Positions 24,749 to 37,826 are shown, counted from the whole stretch's first letter. The stretch is 61,704 bases of DNA, filler included, from Choristocarpus tenellus KU-1152 (GCA_964200185.2; 14 parts of 14 records of this genome joined end to end with filler, not necessarily neighbours in it); one strand, 5' to 3'. The notes: generated by a model from the sequence alone, not told the origin. Program-made: numbers and translations.

Positions 24749-25789
24749 AACGTCCCAGGAATAATCAGTTCGCTACGTAGCGTGTTGAAATATTCCACGT
24801 TTGACCCGTGGGCTTTGGTGCTTTGATGAAGGACAATGGACACCTTGATGTAGATGAGCAAATTTAATATTACAACAGGGCTTATGGTATCAATTCCACT
24901 GACTGACTATGTGGGTAAGACTATAGCGTAGACTACCATTATCATTTCTATAGTGTGGGGATTGTAATCAATCGTCCACACTAATTTACTATGAATCACT
25001 TGTTTACTTGTCTTAAGTATAGAAAGTGTATCTTGGACATGATATAAAAATCAATCAACACTATGAGTCAGTACATATAATATATCTGTTACCGTCTCTC
25101 CATCCATTTATCTAATCCACCGGTGGTGTCTATGTGTATCAGCAGCACTATCTACAAACACGGAACACCAGTTCCACTAACCAACGGAAGTGATATGAGT
25201 TTGTGTTTGCCCACACTGGGCTTCATGGCAGTTTGGTTTTCCAAGAAAGCTGTATTAGCTATTGTACATTTCACCAAAACAGCAGGCAGAGTCTCGACCA
25301 AGCCAACAACACCACCACTATCACTGTCTGCTGAATACGGTTTTCGTTTTGGGATTGATTTCTTTTGCATCCATTGTTCATTTTTTTTCTTCTTCTCTTC
25401 CTCTCATGCTTTTTTGGGTGGTGTGTTATTTCTTTTCGTGTGGTTCTATTCATCTGTTCTTTTTCATTTCTTTTTCTTCCGCTGATCAATTTTCTATGAT
25501 CATCATTCCCTCTTTTCAAGTAGTGTGTATTGCCTTCTAATAGATCACGGTCTGGGATAGTGGTGGTCTCAAAATCTTTTCAGAGTGATCTGATATTCAA
25601 TACGATATCGGCAAAAGTAATGGTAAGTTATCCTGGTCATCATGGCAGATGCGGGATGAGAGAGAGCCGGAAAAGCAAAGGTGACAAAGACAAAGAAGAG
25701 AATGATATATAGAAGGTGAACGAGGGACAATGAGAAAGTTGATGATGAAGTTGAGGTATTGGCTGTGAAACGTTCCCCCCACACCAAAA

Positions 25790-26720
25790 GTCATGAGTTT
25801 GGAACTTCTTTAATAAGGGGGTCAACAGAAGTTTCAAGCTGAGGGCTAAATGCTTTGTTGAGAAATGCGGCCTCGAAGTGTGGTGTTTGGCTACAACGGA
25901 TCTCGCTGTGCACATAAACGCATTGCAAAGCAGTCTTGTGGCCTGGGTGGACCTGGTGGAGAGCCATGAGTATGTACCTTCATGTTTATATTGGAAGAAA
26001 AGATACAGTAACTTACTGGTTGTCAGCAAACAGAGTCTGTTAGCTTTTCACGCTACAAATAATATTGCGATAATCAAAATGTAGGTAGTCCGAACTAATC
26101 AATTCCATCCAGTATGCTGGTACTATAATTTAATCGAAACTGAGGTGAAGAAGATGGTGAATGAACATAATCAACTCCTTGAAATGCTCGCCAGGGACAA
26201 CATTTACCACCTTGTGGAACCGTTGGAGGATGACGAGGATGAGGAAGTTCAATCAGAAGGAAATGTAAATGAGGGTGGAGAGATTTCCTCTGATGATAAA
26301 GAGAGTAACGGGTAGTACAGCATGACTAGACTGCTCAAGAAGCCGATCAAGACGTTACAGTGGTGGGGTGATGGGGTCGCCTCCTGTAGACATGGAGGTG
26401 GGAGAAGAAATTCCCAGAAGAGGGCAGGGGTTGGAGATCACGATTGAGGATAAACAATAAGACCTACTGGAAGTATATTATGGTATGCAATCAGTGGATG
26501 CAGACGTGGTACATAAGGTCGGTGGTCCTCTGGAATGGTTGAATGTGAAAGAGGAGGGTTTTGGAGGTTGAGTTAAGTTGGAAAAGAAGCACTTGCCAGC
26601 TCAAGCCATGCTTCAGCTGCATCTGAAAGGTTATTCTCTTCTGCTGGCAACACTGTCACTGACCAGTGCAAATATCTCTCTAGGGATGTAGGTGATGCCA
26701 TTGTGGTGCTGTGCTCCTGT
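25790..26720 (+). pseudogene. Internally deleted hAT transposase remnant (BED zinc finger plus C-terminal dimerisation domain)
   Basis: WNFFNKG...AKCFVEKCGLEVWCLATTDLAVH (BED-like, ~25800-25920) and GPLEWL...SAASERLFSSAGNTVTD (hAT dimerisation, ~26520-26680), with stops and frameshifts. Confidence 0.75.
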
Positions 26721-26867
26721 GGGGATGACTTTGTTGCCCAAGTGTGGAAGGCATAGGAGACAGGAAATCATAGTTATGGTGGAGACAAATGCAACACACT
26801 GTATAGTGCTCTTCTATCTCTGACTGGAGGAGGATCTCTATCTCTGACTGCAGAAGAGTGCATGGTG

Positions 26868-27312
26868 TGTTACAGGCGCCCCTCAAAGCTCACCACTACA
26901 GGATGTACAAGTCAAATCCAATTCACAGATTAACGCACGTCAGCTCAGCAGAATAAAAGTAGTACTCTCAGGTGAATCAAGTAGCACAAGGAAAAGTGTA
27001 TAATGATATCAGAAAAAGAGAGTGAATGCGTGGGGGCTCTCTGGGTCAGAAGAACTGAGCCGTTTGGAGCCGTTTTTAGGATATCTAATCATCATTTATC
27101 ATTGGGGCTTATTCTGGTTTACAAATATTGGAATATATCTGAGAACCGTTTGCGACCTTACCATCTGTGACCCTCTGCAACTACCCGAGTTACAGATTAT
27201 TCTGCAACTTTTTGGCAAATCGGAGTTCCTCCTTTTGGGGTTCCCCCCGTGCGTATACTGCTCGCGCCGGTTAAAGTGCGGGAAGAAATACTCGGGCTAT
27301 TCGCCTGTGACA
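26868..27312 (+). mobile_element. Solo LTR (~440 bp, TGTTACAG...CTGTGACA)
   Basis: TG...CA inverted termini; homologous to 56591-57023 and 58156-58591. Confidence 0.75.
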
Positions 27313-27483
27313 TGCCCCCCAGCGTCAACTAGGTATACAAGCTTCACGCTTACCACAGGCGATTTTCACCGGTTAAGACAATANNNNNNNNNNNNNNNNN
27401 NNNNNNNNNNNNNNNNNNNNNNNNNNNTTAATTAATTAANNNNNNNNNNNNNNNNNNNNNNNNNNNNNNNNNNNNNNNNNNNN

Positions 27484-27800
27484 AGGACAGCGCAACCCTG
27501 TATACGGGCAGAGGCACAGTGCAGAAGCAATATGCCGCAGGAAGGGAGGGTGGATGGGAAATTAAGCTCATGATGCAGCCAGCGCAGTTGCTGGATCTCA
27601 ACATCAATGATTTGGGGGTTTTGACATCCCTGTAGAGCAGGGTTTTGGCAGTGCATTGTGGCACCATTGATGACCTTGTGGAGGGGTTTAAGAGCATGTT
27701 CCACGTGTCTGTTTAAGAGGTACAATCAGGTGTTATGAGCGCTGAGGGGGAACTACTTCGAGGTAGAGCATGCGGGGACCAAAAAAAGGCAGTGGGAGAG
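27484..27800 (+). pseudogene. Tc1/mariner transposase C-terminal fragment (D-x40-D)
   Basis: DSATLYTGRG...GWEIKLMMQPAQLLDLNINDLGVLTSL*, homologous to the 38.8-kb copy; in-frame stop. Confidence 0.8.
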
Positions 27801-29719
27801 TGAGTTGACTAGATTGGTCAAATTAGACCGAGTCACCTATAACGCGGCACTGGATTGGTGGATTGATGGTGCGAGTAAAGGCGTGACATCATTTATTTAT
27901 GTAGAATATTCCAAGGAATCCAAGGCGAAAATCTGTTTTATAATTGGAATTCATCTCGAATAGGTACAGCTTTACGGCAGAGACGTATGGTACAAAGGGA
28001 GTTAAAACACCACTACTAACATGTGTGGATTACACAGTTTATTGAGACAAGTACATATTTTTGAACCGCTACAGAATATTTTCTGGGCCATGCTCTGTAT
28101 CAACGAAAAGAGTGCCAAACCCTTTAAATTGACATCTACCTTGGGTAGTAGGCATATAAGGCTGTCCTGTCAGAAAGACGGAAGGCCATAGCATTTTGAC
28201 TCAGGACTACCTGGCCTTAAAATGGGCCACCAATTATACATTCATTCACAAGATAGGTGTAAGCCATATCGCCACCTCGAAAAATATATGCATTTCATCC
28301 CGTACTCAAACTATCATCATTATGAAAAGTAGCTTCTGGAGCTACTCAATTCTCTATCCAATATGCATTTGCTCAAAATGAAATGCAAAAGTAGGTATGT
28401 TAAACTAGTTAGAGCTTATAACTGACTAAGCAAAAGAAAGTGAAATGTGTAAAAAGGAGAGCACACACATCACAGCTCCTGCAAAAGGTTTATCTCTGGT
28501 GGGGCACCTACCTCACCAGCCACAGGGGGTCTTCTCACCCCATGGCACTCCACACCACTTGGCACACTGTGCACTTTGATTATGATCAAGTGCATCACAC
28601 ATCCAATACATTATAGTCACCAGACATATCAAGTCAAAGCAATCTTAGAACATTGAATGGGACAGCGACCAAACCAAAAAAGTCCCTAAGAATGAGAGAG
28701 CGAAAATAATACTGCACAAACTACTGTGCTCAGTGTATGTAATGTGAAATTATTATGAACGAACATTCCAAATATTTGCATCAACAAGCATCCCCACCAT
28801 TCTCTTTGTATATGTGTCATGCTCTCAGAGATAAAACTACAGCATAATTACACCTCATCGCTCTCTATGCATGTGCATTTTCCATACCCAGCAAAACAGC
28901 TACTTGCTTCAAACTCGAAAATCTGCAGTATACACTCCTTACAGTCGCTTGATAGTTGCCTCACAAGGAGTAGAGTATCCCCTGTCCCACTTATGCCACC
29001 AAATAGTACCAGAGCATCTAGCGTCTATCAGGATACCCTCCTGTGTACTCAACTTAAAAGCGCAGTCATCAGAATTTATAGAAGCGAATCCTGCAGTCCC
29101 TCAATGAGACGGGCCTTCCTTAGCTTGGGGGGTGTATGCAAACCTTCCACAAATATCAAGTTTTCCTCATCAACAATTCCACCTCAAAATCAGCAATGGA
29201 TGCCCAATCGGTGGGTTGTTCATTACATCAATAGGGGCAACAATAGTAACAACAAATCTATCGTTCTTCTCAATAATTTTCCATGGCGACCACTATAATA
29301 CACCAAAATCCATATAATGCAAGGATGTCAAGAGAACGTATGGAGGTGTATCCACAAAAGGCCATATCACTACACACATACATACCAGAACTCGCAAAGT
29401 CTAGCATGCTTACTTTCTGGGACTAAAACCAATGAAGGTTAGGACTTGGGAAGCAGCAGCATGCTACCACACACATAAAGTACACACACCAAACACAGAC
29501 AAAAAAGTAACACAGTTTCTCTGTGTTACTTGGGTTAAAATATAAAAAAGTGAGGAAAAAAGAATGAAAGTTACCGTTGCTACCTCCATACTCTTGCCAT
29601 CACTCTTAAGAGAAGTAGGTTGCAAGCACACTGCTGGCGACAATGAATACAAGTATAAATATGAACTTTTGATAGTAGACATTGGGCAAAGAAGGCCAAC
29701 CAGGCCACCACAGCTTTAC

Positions 29720-30594
29720 CATCGGCCAGATTGAGAACATCCCCACAAGACAAGCACCAAACGAAGCCATCCATATCCAACGATCACTTCCATCAAAGTC
29801 CCTGCAGAACATGAGATACATGGTAGGTACATATGGTGCAAGGGGATTGAAGTCAAGGTGGTAGTAAAATATCACAAGGAGATTCAGTGGGGTAAGTTAG
29901 TGGTTTAACAGTGCTTCCCGATTTCCCCTATTTCCAAATCAACCTTTGACTCAGACCACCGATTGGAAAATACATGAGCAGGAAAGGAGAACCACAAGCT
30001 GGCAAGGGAAAAAAGCAATGATAGGGACTTCACAGAAAGGTGCCAACTGTCCTCAGAAGTGCAGGGATAGACAGTAGCAAACATCGTCAGAATCAAACAC
30101 ACAGAAAACCTAAGCGTGCATACAGGGTGGGGTGGGGTAAGGGCCACACTGACAGCCCTGAAAATTCCAGTGCATGGTTTTCCCTGAAGTTTTCTCGCTG
30201 AAGCCACACAAATGAAATCATGCAGTTTGCAAGTAGATAGTTAAACGCATGGAAGGAACCACTACCCACCAACCCAGTTAGGGAGAGGCTCATATTCTTG
30301 GGATGCACTACAAACGGAGACTGTGAAAGCTAGATGTTGCACAAAGAGTCACACACGGTGCTCTCTTCCTACAGAAGGAGTCATACAAGCGATGATATAA
30401 AACCTGCTCTACATCAGACCAATAGAATGGTCTTAAACTTACACGTACGCCCAGTGGACTGTTGTGTTGATGGCACTGACACCTAGAGCCCAGAAGAGGA
30501 AACCAAGAGGCCAAACGGGGCAAACTAGGTTCCATGCGTTATCCGGACTTGCACAGGTAATCCTGTTCCAGGTCCCAATAAACAAGGCCCACAC
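29720..30594 (-). CDS. Exons of an unidentified membrane protein (30594-30449, 29801-29720; possibly others)
   Basis: AG/GT-bounded open exons with hydrophobic, Trp-rich segments: VWALFIGTWNRITCASPDNAWNLVCPVWPLGFLFWALGVSAINTTVHW and DFDGSDRWIWMASFGACLVGMFSIWPM. Confidence 0.5.
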
Positions 30595-31178
30595 CTGAGG
30601 AAAAAGGAGTAACATCCGTTAGTGCAATAGACGAAACAGAAACGATATACACCATCACATGTACATTAAAAGACAGGGAGGGAGAGGGTGATCAAGTGAG
30701 CGCACAATTCATAGGAAAAGCATTTAGTAGGATAGCTTGAACAGCAAATAGGATGAAGAAGAGGAACTCACACGCCGGAATGGCACAATCAAGTTTTTCT
30801 TAATCTCATGTTTCAAAACACCGCAAAAAAAAGTATGGGGCAGTTTGTTCATAAATACTTCCACAACAACGAACACAAACACAACACAATCAAACACATC
30901 TTCAACAACCCCACACCCTCCCCCAAACAACCCATACAGAGATATCTTGCCTGAACATAGCACGTGCTCAACCAGAACTGCTCATCTGTGAGCACCCGAG
31001 AGGGATTGACATTCTTCCACCCCACGGAGAGAAGGGTGGGGATNNNNNNNNNNNNNNNNNNNNNNNNNNNNNNNNNNNNNNNNNNNNTTAATTAATTAAN
31101 NNNNNNNNNNNNNNNNNNNNNNNNNNNNNNNNNNNNNNNNNNNGGGTTGTGGTGGGGGGGGGGGGGGGAGGAAGGGAA

Positions 31179-31229
<51 letters not shown>

Positions 31230-31941
31230 GGTGTAGAGAGATGTAGCTTTGTATTGTTTGTAAGAACAATAGTTTTGAGTAAAATTTTGAGGAGGATGAG
31301 CCACAGCGCTGAATGTCTTGCAGGCCTCACGACATACATCTCTCGATATTCCCTGGATGGGGCAAAACACACGATATTCATGCACATATCTGCGACTCTG
31401 CCAGACTACAACTCCCAAAGGCGTTTCACAGTTGCTACGGATGGGATAAGGACGCAAGTCAACGGTGAATTATGTGATGAATCTGTTCACGAAAAGCAGT
31501 GACAGGAGGGATCTTTTCACTTCTGCGTTCGATGTCATGCATTTGCACTCTCCAATCAGAGGCAGGGAACAAGGGTAACCAGCAAGGAGAGAGCAAGAGC
31601 ACAACAAACTCTGGAAATAGGGGGAACAAACTCATACAATAGCACAAAAGAAGGGACAGAAGAGGGTAGCCAACTCAGTGACTACTTTTGAAGCCTCCAG
31701 TAAAGCCTCCATGAAGTAGGAACACTCTTAACCTGTAACCTTTAGGAGAAAGAACAAACTCTGCATATCGGAAGTATTCTCACAGGAGGCGGATATGTTT
31801 TGATGAGAACTGAAAGGCATAACAGATTAAGTCCGATTTGAGGACAACGGCAAATAAGGCACAGGGGGAAGGGTGTGCTGAGCATTAATTGGAGGTGCAA
31901 CTTGAGATTTTGGAAGCACTGTATACTCTCCCTTTGCACAC

Positions 31942-33169
31942 CTTGATTGACTGTGCAAAAGTCTCCCCCTTCTTGCGATCAGCAAAATGGAATGAGGATC
32001 CCCAGCCCCACTCGTAAAAGAGCGTAGCTAGTTCGTAGTAGGCGTTTACCATCTTGGCGTAACTACTCTCTCGTTCCTCTACACTGTGGTGTTGACGGCA
32101 GGAGAGAGGAGGGTGCGAGAGGAAGATTTTTCAATTGGAGGATATACAGAGACTGGGCAAGATAGATTGGCAGCATTGCTGCAATTGATATTGCATACAT
32201 TTCGGCACTCTAGGCAATGGGGAATGGGGAAGGAGGGAAATTGTGTTGTCATCGCCATCTTCATGGCATAAAGGTTGATGGCTGGCGTGAGACGGAGAGC
32301 AGTACAACAGGTACACCTGAATGTGCGAGGAAGCTTCGCGCCAGTCACACTAGCGCTGAGATACAGATCTGAAGATTTAAAAAAGACTACTTGGCGAGCA
32401 CACACCCCATGGGTAGATGTCACAGTGTGGATATGGCAAGCTATCTTACTCACCTAGCCCTGGAGTCGTCGTGCAGACGGTTGTACTCGTCGATCCAGCC
32501 ACCCACCTTGATGCCCCGCCCTTTCTCCTGATGGAAGAATGTGCAAACGAACGTCCACGTCACAGCAACGGGGTCCGTCTCATAGAACAGACCCAATACA
32601 AGCTGTGTGTTGGATAAGACAAGTCACTGGTGAGACGACCATCGAAAATTACACTAGATCACTGAGAAACGAGGGCTGCAGGATCGGTCCAGGTCTTTTG
32701 AAAGCACTCGAACAAGAAAAATGTGTGTGACTCATACTTTTGTTGTATCCCTTACGCGAAGAATCTGAACTACGACATACATTTCACAGAAAGCTGAGAG
32801 CATTGGGCGGGGACCAAGCATGGGGATATCAAGGGGAATTCCCGAGCGCTTCCTGGCCACATTGACTGTTTTCTAGGGACTACATGGAAGCTTTACAACC
32901 AACACAATCCACAATCACAAAGGCACCATCATGTTGGTTACGAAAAACTTCCATTCGAACATAAGCTTCACCCACCCCTTCCCCATCACCTTCACCACCA
33001 GGTAGAGGGACAGAAGACCAGTTACCACCATACTAGTTTGTAGTGGCAACTGCTGCTCGAAGAAGGAGTCGCAGACATCAACTAGGCCTGTCAGCGTTTG
33101 GTCCTTGAGTTGAGAGTACAGGGCCACGCTACTGGCGAGCCATACAACTACAGGTACGGCCATGCCCAT
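31942..33169 (-). CDS. SMT1: Sterol 24-C-methyltransferase (SMT1/ERG6 family), 5' part; exons 33169-32927, 32527-32454, 32083-31942
   Basis: The spliced product contains EERESSYAKMVNAYYELATLFYEWGWGSSFHFADRKKGETFAQSIK, the SMT region I signature (YExGWGxSFHF). Exons 2 and 3 join in phase 2 with canonical sites. The first-exon boundary is less certain. The signature exons are absent from the ORF track. Confidence 0.9.
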
Positions 33170-33738
33170 CTTAGCAAGGGGGAAACGGATTCTGAGGAGG
33201 GTTCAGCCCTTTCGTGTGGGGAGGTAATGGAAGGAGAGTCCGTCAAAAAAACGTTCCTCTTCTCCACTGTCTTGTCCACGTCCCAAACACCACCCCGAAA
33301 CAAACCACTTCTACATATCAGATTTTAAATTCTCAATGAACTACACTTCTATTATTTTTCTTTTTTCAGTATTTTTCAAGTTTCGAACCAATATGATCTA
33401 ACTCCCTTCAATAAATTTGTCCTTAGATTAACTCGAACGTTTATAAATTATGATGATATGTATATGACCACTCCGAACGGGAACGGAAGGCTACGAGGGT
33501 TCATTGGATCATCGTAGTTGTAACGTCAACACCTTCGCGGTGGAAAGTTTTGGGTGCCTCGGTAAGCAAGAAGTTTTCTGGATGAGCTAACGAAGCACGC
33601 GGTAGGGGGGAGAGGGACAGAAGGCTACACCAGAAAACGGGGCTGTCAAATCCTGTCTACTATAGTCTCTGTCACAACGCAAGTAGCCCTATCTAGACGT
33701 GTCATGTGTGTTTTAAGCTGGAGATACCAGGGAGATGA

Positions 33739-33975
33739 GCAAGGAGGGGCTTGTTAGATTCTTAGGACGCTTCCCTATCTCCTCACCCTGGGTTGCAGGA
33801 CTAAGCTAGGTTAGAGGCACAGGAAGGCAGTGGTGTAGCATAGCTTGTAGTAAAATAGTAAATAGATTAATGTCTTTCATATTTGCGACAAGTGTTGCTT
33901 TTATAGGGATTTTTCTGACATGTGAATAGTTTTCATTGGTTTTTCCCCTGACACATCTGGAAAATATCACAGGGC
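33739..33975 (+). repeat. Dispersed two-module repeat (B 33739-33843, A 33929-33975); also A 48955-49010, A+B ~50000-50164 and inverted A ~50325-50388
   Basis: Near-identical GCAAGGA.GGGCTTGTTAGAT...GTGGTGTAGCATAG and TTTTCATT.GTTT..CCCCTGACACATCTGGAAAAT blocks. Confidence 0.75.
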
Positions 33976-36900
33976 AGATGTGAAGGAGATGGAAACAAGC
34001 CGACAGGTTCTTCAGACTGAAGGGAAGTGGGAAGACCCACAGGAGACAGGAAAATGGAGAGAGACAAGGCAGGAGGGAAAGGAATCCCTCAGAAAATAAC
34101 TCAGGAAAGAGTGATCTAGTGGAAAGTGAATGAGGGGGGTTTGCAAGGTCCCTCAAACCACCTGCTATTCACTTGAAGCAGATGTTTAACTTCAACATGC
34201 AAAAACAGATGTCATATGAACAACAGATTCTTCGAGATAGGTCACGTTGAAGGTATACCTCAGTTGGAAGATGCTCTCACATCATCCCCCTCCTGTGTTG
34301 TTTGATACATGTAAAAAAACAACACAGGTATCAATGGGAAATGGAGGAAGTGCGTGTACAGAAAAACTGGCATGAGCATTGGAAGAAAAAAGGAAGTCTC
34401 TCAGCAAGGAAATACTGTCTTGGAAGACAGTTGCGTACACAAAAATATCTGCATATTAGCAGTAGAGTAAAAAGATTTTTTCTTGGGGCCTCACAACTTA
34501 GCACTTGGAACTAAGATTGATTTGGTTGCAACCAAATGTGCCACTTCACCTTGATCAGGGATGAGATAATAAACATATCTGGGCACATGGAAAGATCACA
34601 ATTTTGATGTATCAGATATGACCACGTCTAGTCAAGTCTTCAACATGAAAGGGGCACGGGCAAGGACTAGCTAGTTTTAGCTTGAAATTCTGCTTAACTC
34701 CATCAAGGAGATATAGACGCAAAAACATCGATCATCATCTCCAATGAGGAGGGAGATATGAAAGAAAAAAAATGGGAGACTCCCATAAAAAAATACAGAA
34801 ATCGTGATCAAATTACAAGTGTTTAGCTACTACACCAAGGATAATATACTTGCGTATATTTAATTCAATGGCATATCATATTGATGTTCTGATCAATCGG
34901 TAATAAATAATCTGGGAAAAGTGTGAAGGATAATTTCAAACCATGGACAAACACGGGGATGGAGTTGGCTCTATACCATCACTGAAATAATTGTTCAACG
35001 CAAAACAGTGACTCATAGTGGCGGCTGTCCATTTAGGGTCAATTTTTTCCTGTCGCTATTTTTGTGTGATACGGTTGCATACGTTGGATGGATAATGTCA
35101 GTGCACTTTTCCTGGTTTTGAACCAAATGGACACCCTGATCTAGACCCCCCATACCCCCCCCCCCCCTCTTCTCTGGCAGTTTTTTTTTTTTTTTATACA
35201 CAATAAAAAAAAAAAAAAANNNNNNNNNNNNNNNNNNNNNNNNNNNNNNNNNNNNNNNNNNNNTTAATTAATTAANNNNNNNNNNNNNNNNNNNNNNNNN
35301 NNNNNNNNNNNNNNNNNNNGTAGTCAATATACTGGCTCAGAACATATAGAAATATTACAAGAACATGGAATACAAATGTCCACCAGACCAAAAGAAAGGT
35401 GTCTTCTTAACGGACTCGTGTGTCAGACACTTGAACTCGATTGAAGATGTGATTGATGTGATTGATTAGTTGCTGCAATTCCTGTGATGCTGTAGGTGGG
35501 CCTTTGATGAGAGAGTAGTAAATGCTCAAATTGTTCAAGATTGTACCAATGATCTAGTATCTTGATTTCCTCATATACTACCCTCTCTTGCGTATCATAT
35601 CATGTACTCGATGTTTGGAAGGTTGAAGTTTGCCAACGACTCCCTCTGAAGTGTGTAGGTAAGTCTTGTCAGGACTCTCAAGAATTTGTCGTAGAGGTTT
35701 TGTTTTTTTCCCATTTTGTTATGATGGAGGCGTTCAAGTGGGGGGGCATGACGGTATGTTGAGAGGAGCATGGTCCTGGGATCAAAGATGTGCTAACAGT
35801 TGGTAACATTAGTTCTTACAATGGCATGAGAGGAAAATGAGTAACACTGTGTCTGAAAGGAATCTCTTAAAGCTTGGCAGTGGGTGGCATAGAACAGGTT
35901 TATTGTGTAGGTTGAGGATTTGGCTGGGATTTTATGGGTGACCTCATATAGCTATGAACACCTTCCACAATAAAATACTTGAAACCTTTTAATCACCATC
36001 TTTTGCATCTACAGCCTCCACTGCAAACAGTTCAAAGTGGTGTGATGCTGTACAGATATATATATATAATATATATGCATATTTTTAAATGCTTGCATTA
36101 CTGGGAAAATGTCTCACCATATGACCCCTCTTGTAGAGAGGGCTGTAGATTTCGCGGAATAGTTGCAAATATGCTGTGTGTTGAACTCATTGGTAATAAC
36201 ATGCTTGAATGGCTTTAATCTTGGTATCCATTGAGTTGGACCTCCTTAATGCAAAGTAAAGGATACGTATACATCTCTTCAAGCAATGCGTTTGAGCTGA
36301 AAACAGCAATTTAATTGCTTTAAATTGTTGTCTAAAAACATGATAAAACTACAAGATAAATATATGTGAAGGTGGTGAGATTGTATCATTTCCTCTTCTG
36401 ACAAACGTACATCCCTTTATAAGGGTGTCTCTTGATATACAATTCAAAAGACAAGTGTTATTTTCGTATGGTCAGAAAAAAAAGGTACATTGAAAGTCTG
36501 ACATGAACATTTTTTTTTTGATGTAATAAATCCTCTTCTCTCACGACCTCAGGCATGTTGAGGAGGGAGATTGGCTGGCAAACAATAATCAAGATAAAAT
36601 CATGTGGAACATTAATAAAAATACTGATCTTTAAGAAAATGAAGCGCTTTTCACACTTCAATGGTCAGGTGTTTGAGCTAGGAGAAAAAAAACAAACATT
36701 TTTTAGATAAGAGAGAGTTGGGAGGTGGTTGGCATGAGTGAAACGTACGACAGCCTTGTCACACAGTATCCATGCCAAGCATTGAAGGAGTAGAAATGTC
36801 CCCACAAGTATATGATGGAAAAGCCCTCATGCACTTGAGGTCAGCCTTTCACCCAAAACCAAACAACTTGGACTCAGTCCCCACAATGTCTTTAGGAAGA

Positions 36901-37172
36901 CTCCATTGAATAAAACTCTCTGACCACCAGAAGTCACTCAAGGAACCTATCTCCCCACCCAACAAGGCGTGTATTTCATGCATCACTATGAAGTGCACAT
37001 ATTGTCTATATGTTCCCGACACAACGGTGTCCTGTCCCGTGCAATCTGTGCCACTACAGGGCGCTCTGTAGCACAATCTACACCAGAAGGGAAACATCAA
37101 TAAATGTTGTAACTGTGGACAGACAGACAGACCCCCTACAAAGCAAAAGAAAAAAACAAACGTTTTTACCGC

Positions 37173-37775
37173 TTAGCTCCCAACACCAGATTCACTCCAT
37201 GAATTCAGCACAGGAATAGATCCTAACGTAGTCTTTTCACAATACGCTTGAAGTCCACTCGCAGGCACTACCAGCCTCCCAGCATTATAATCGTGCTCAC
37301 GACATGCAACAGAGGGGGTGATATCCTGCTGCAAAAGCTGCATGACGGCAGGTTTCAAACGACCACCCTTGCCCTCCTGCCGCCCCTCTCCTGTCCCAGT
37401 AATGATGACTAGATCCCTAAAAGGATCGTGAACGTAACCCACCCCCCACTCTTGCCTCTCCCCTGCCTCTGATTCTACACCAGACAAAACTCTGCATCCT
37501 TGAACAGAACCCGCTCTACGTTCCTCCTCCCTATCATCCCACTTCGCCTGCCACTGCTGAGCCATCTGAATGAGGACTGTGCGGATGGCTGCCCTGGTCA
37601 GATCGGTTGAAAACCCATGAAAATCCAACATCTGAGAAACATCATCCAATTCTCGGTCATCTCCCGCCACCCAGGGGTTGAGCACTCCCCTTCTTTGCCC
37701 ATCAAGAAAGACTGCGATGCACGAGGCGGTGTCATTGAAGCGTGATAATGATCCTATAACACAGTTGTACGTTAC
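37173..37775 (-). CDS. Terminal exon of a PPR-SMR protein (PPR motif plus C-terminal Smr domain)
   Basis: CAG acceptor, then PPR-like VTYNCVIGSLSR and Smr motifs LDFHGFSTDLTRAAI, DLVIITGTG and NAGRLVV, ending in a stop. Confidence 0.85.
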   Translation of the reverse strand, partial: VTYNCVIGSLSRFNDTASCIAVFLDGQRRGVLNPWVAGDDRELDDVSQMLDFHGFSTDLTRAAIRTVLIQMAQQWQAKWDDREEERRAGSVQGCRVLSGVESEAGERQEWGVGYVHDPFRDLVIITGTGEGRQEGKGGRLKPAVMQLLQQDITPSVACREHDYNAGRLVVPASGLQAYCEKTTLGSIPVLNSWSESGVGS

Positions 37776-37790
37776 CTGGGTGGGTGGGGT

Positions 37791-37826
<36 letters not shown>

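Noticed and set aside
29600-30600. DIRS-type RT/recombinase remnant
   Set aside because: No convincing motifs; better explained as spliced exons of a membrane protein.
32079-32730. LINE or Helitron remnant suggested by overlapping ORFs
   Set aside because: The region consists of introns and exons of the sterol methyltransferase gene.
35340-36400. Copia integrase remnant (also possible LTR-element debris at 16700-17050, 39400-40600 and 43000-44170)
   Set aside because: Too decayed to support a call without a search.
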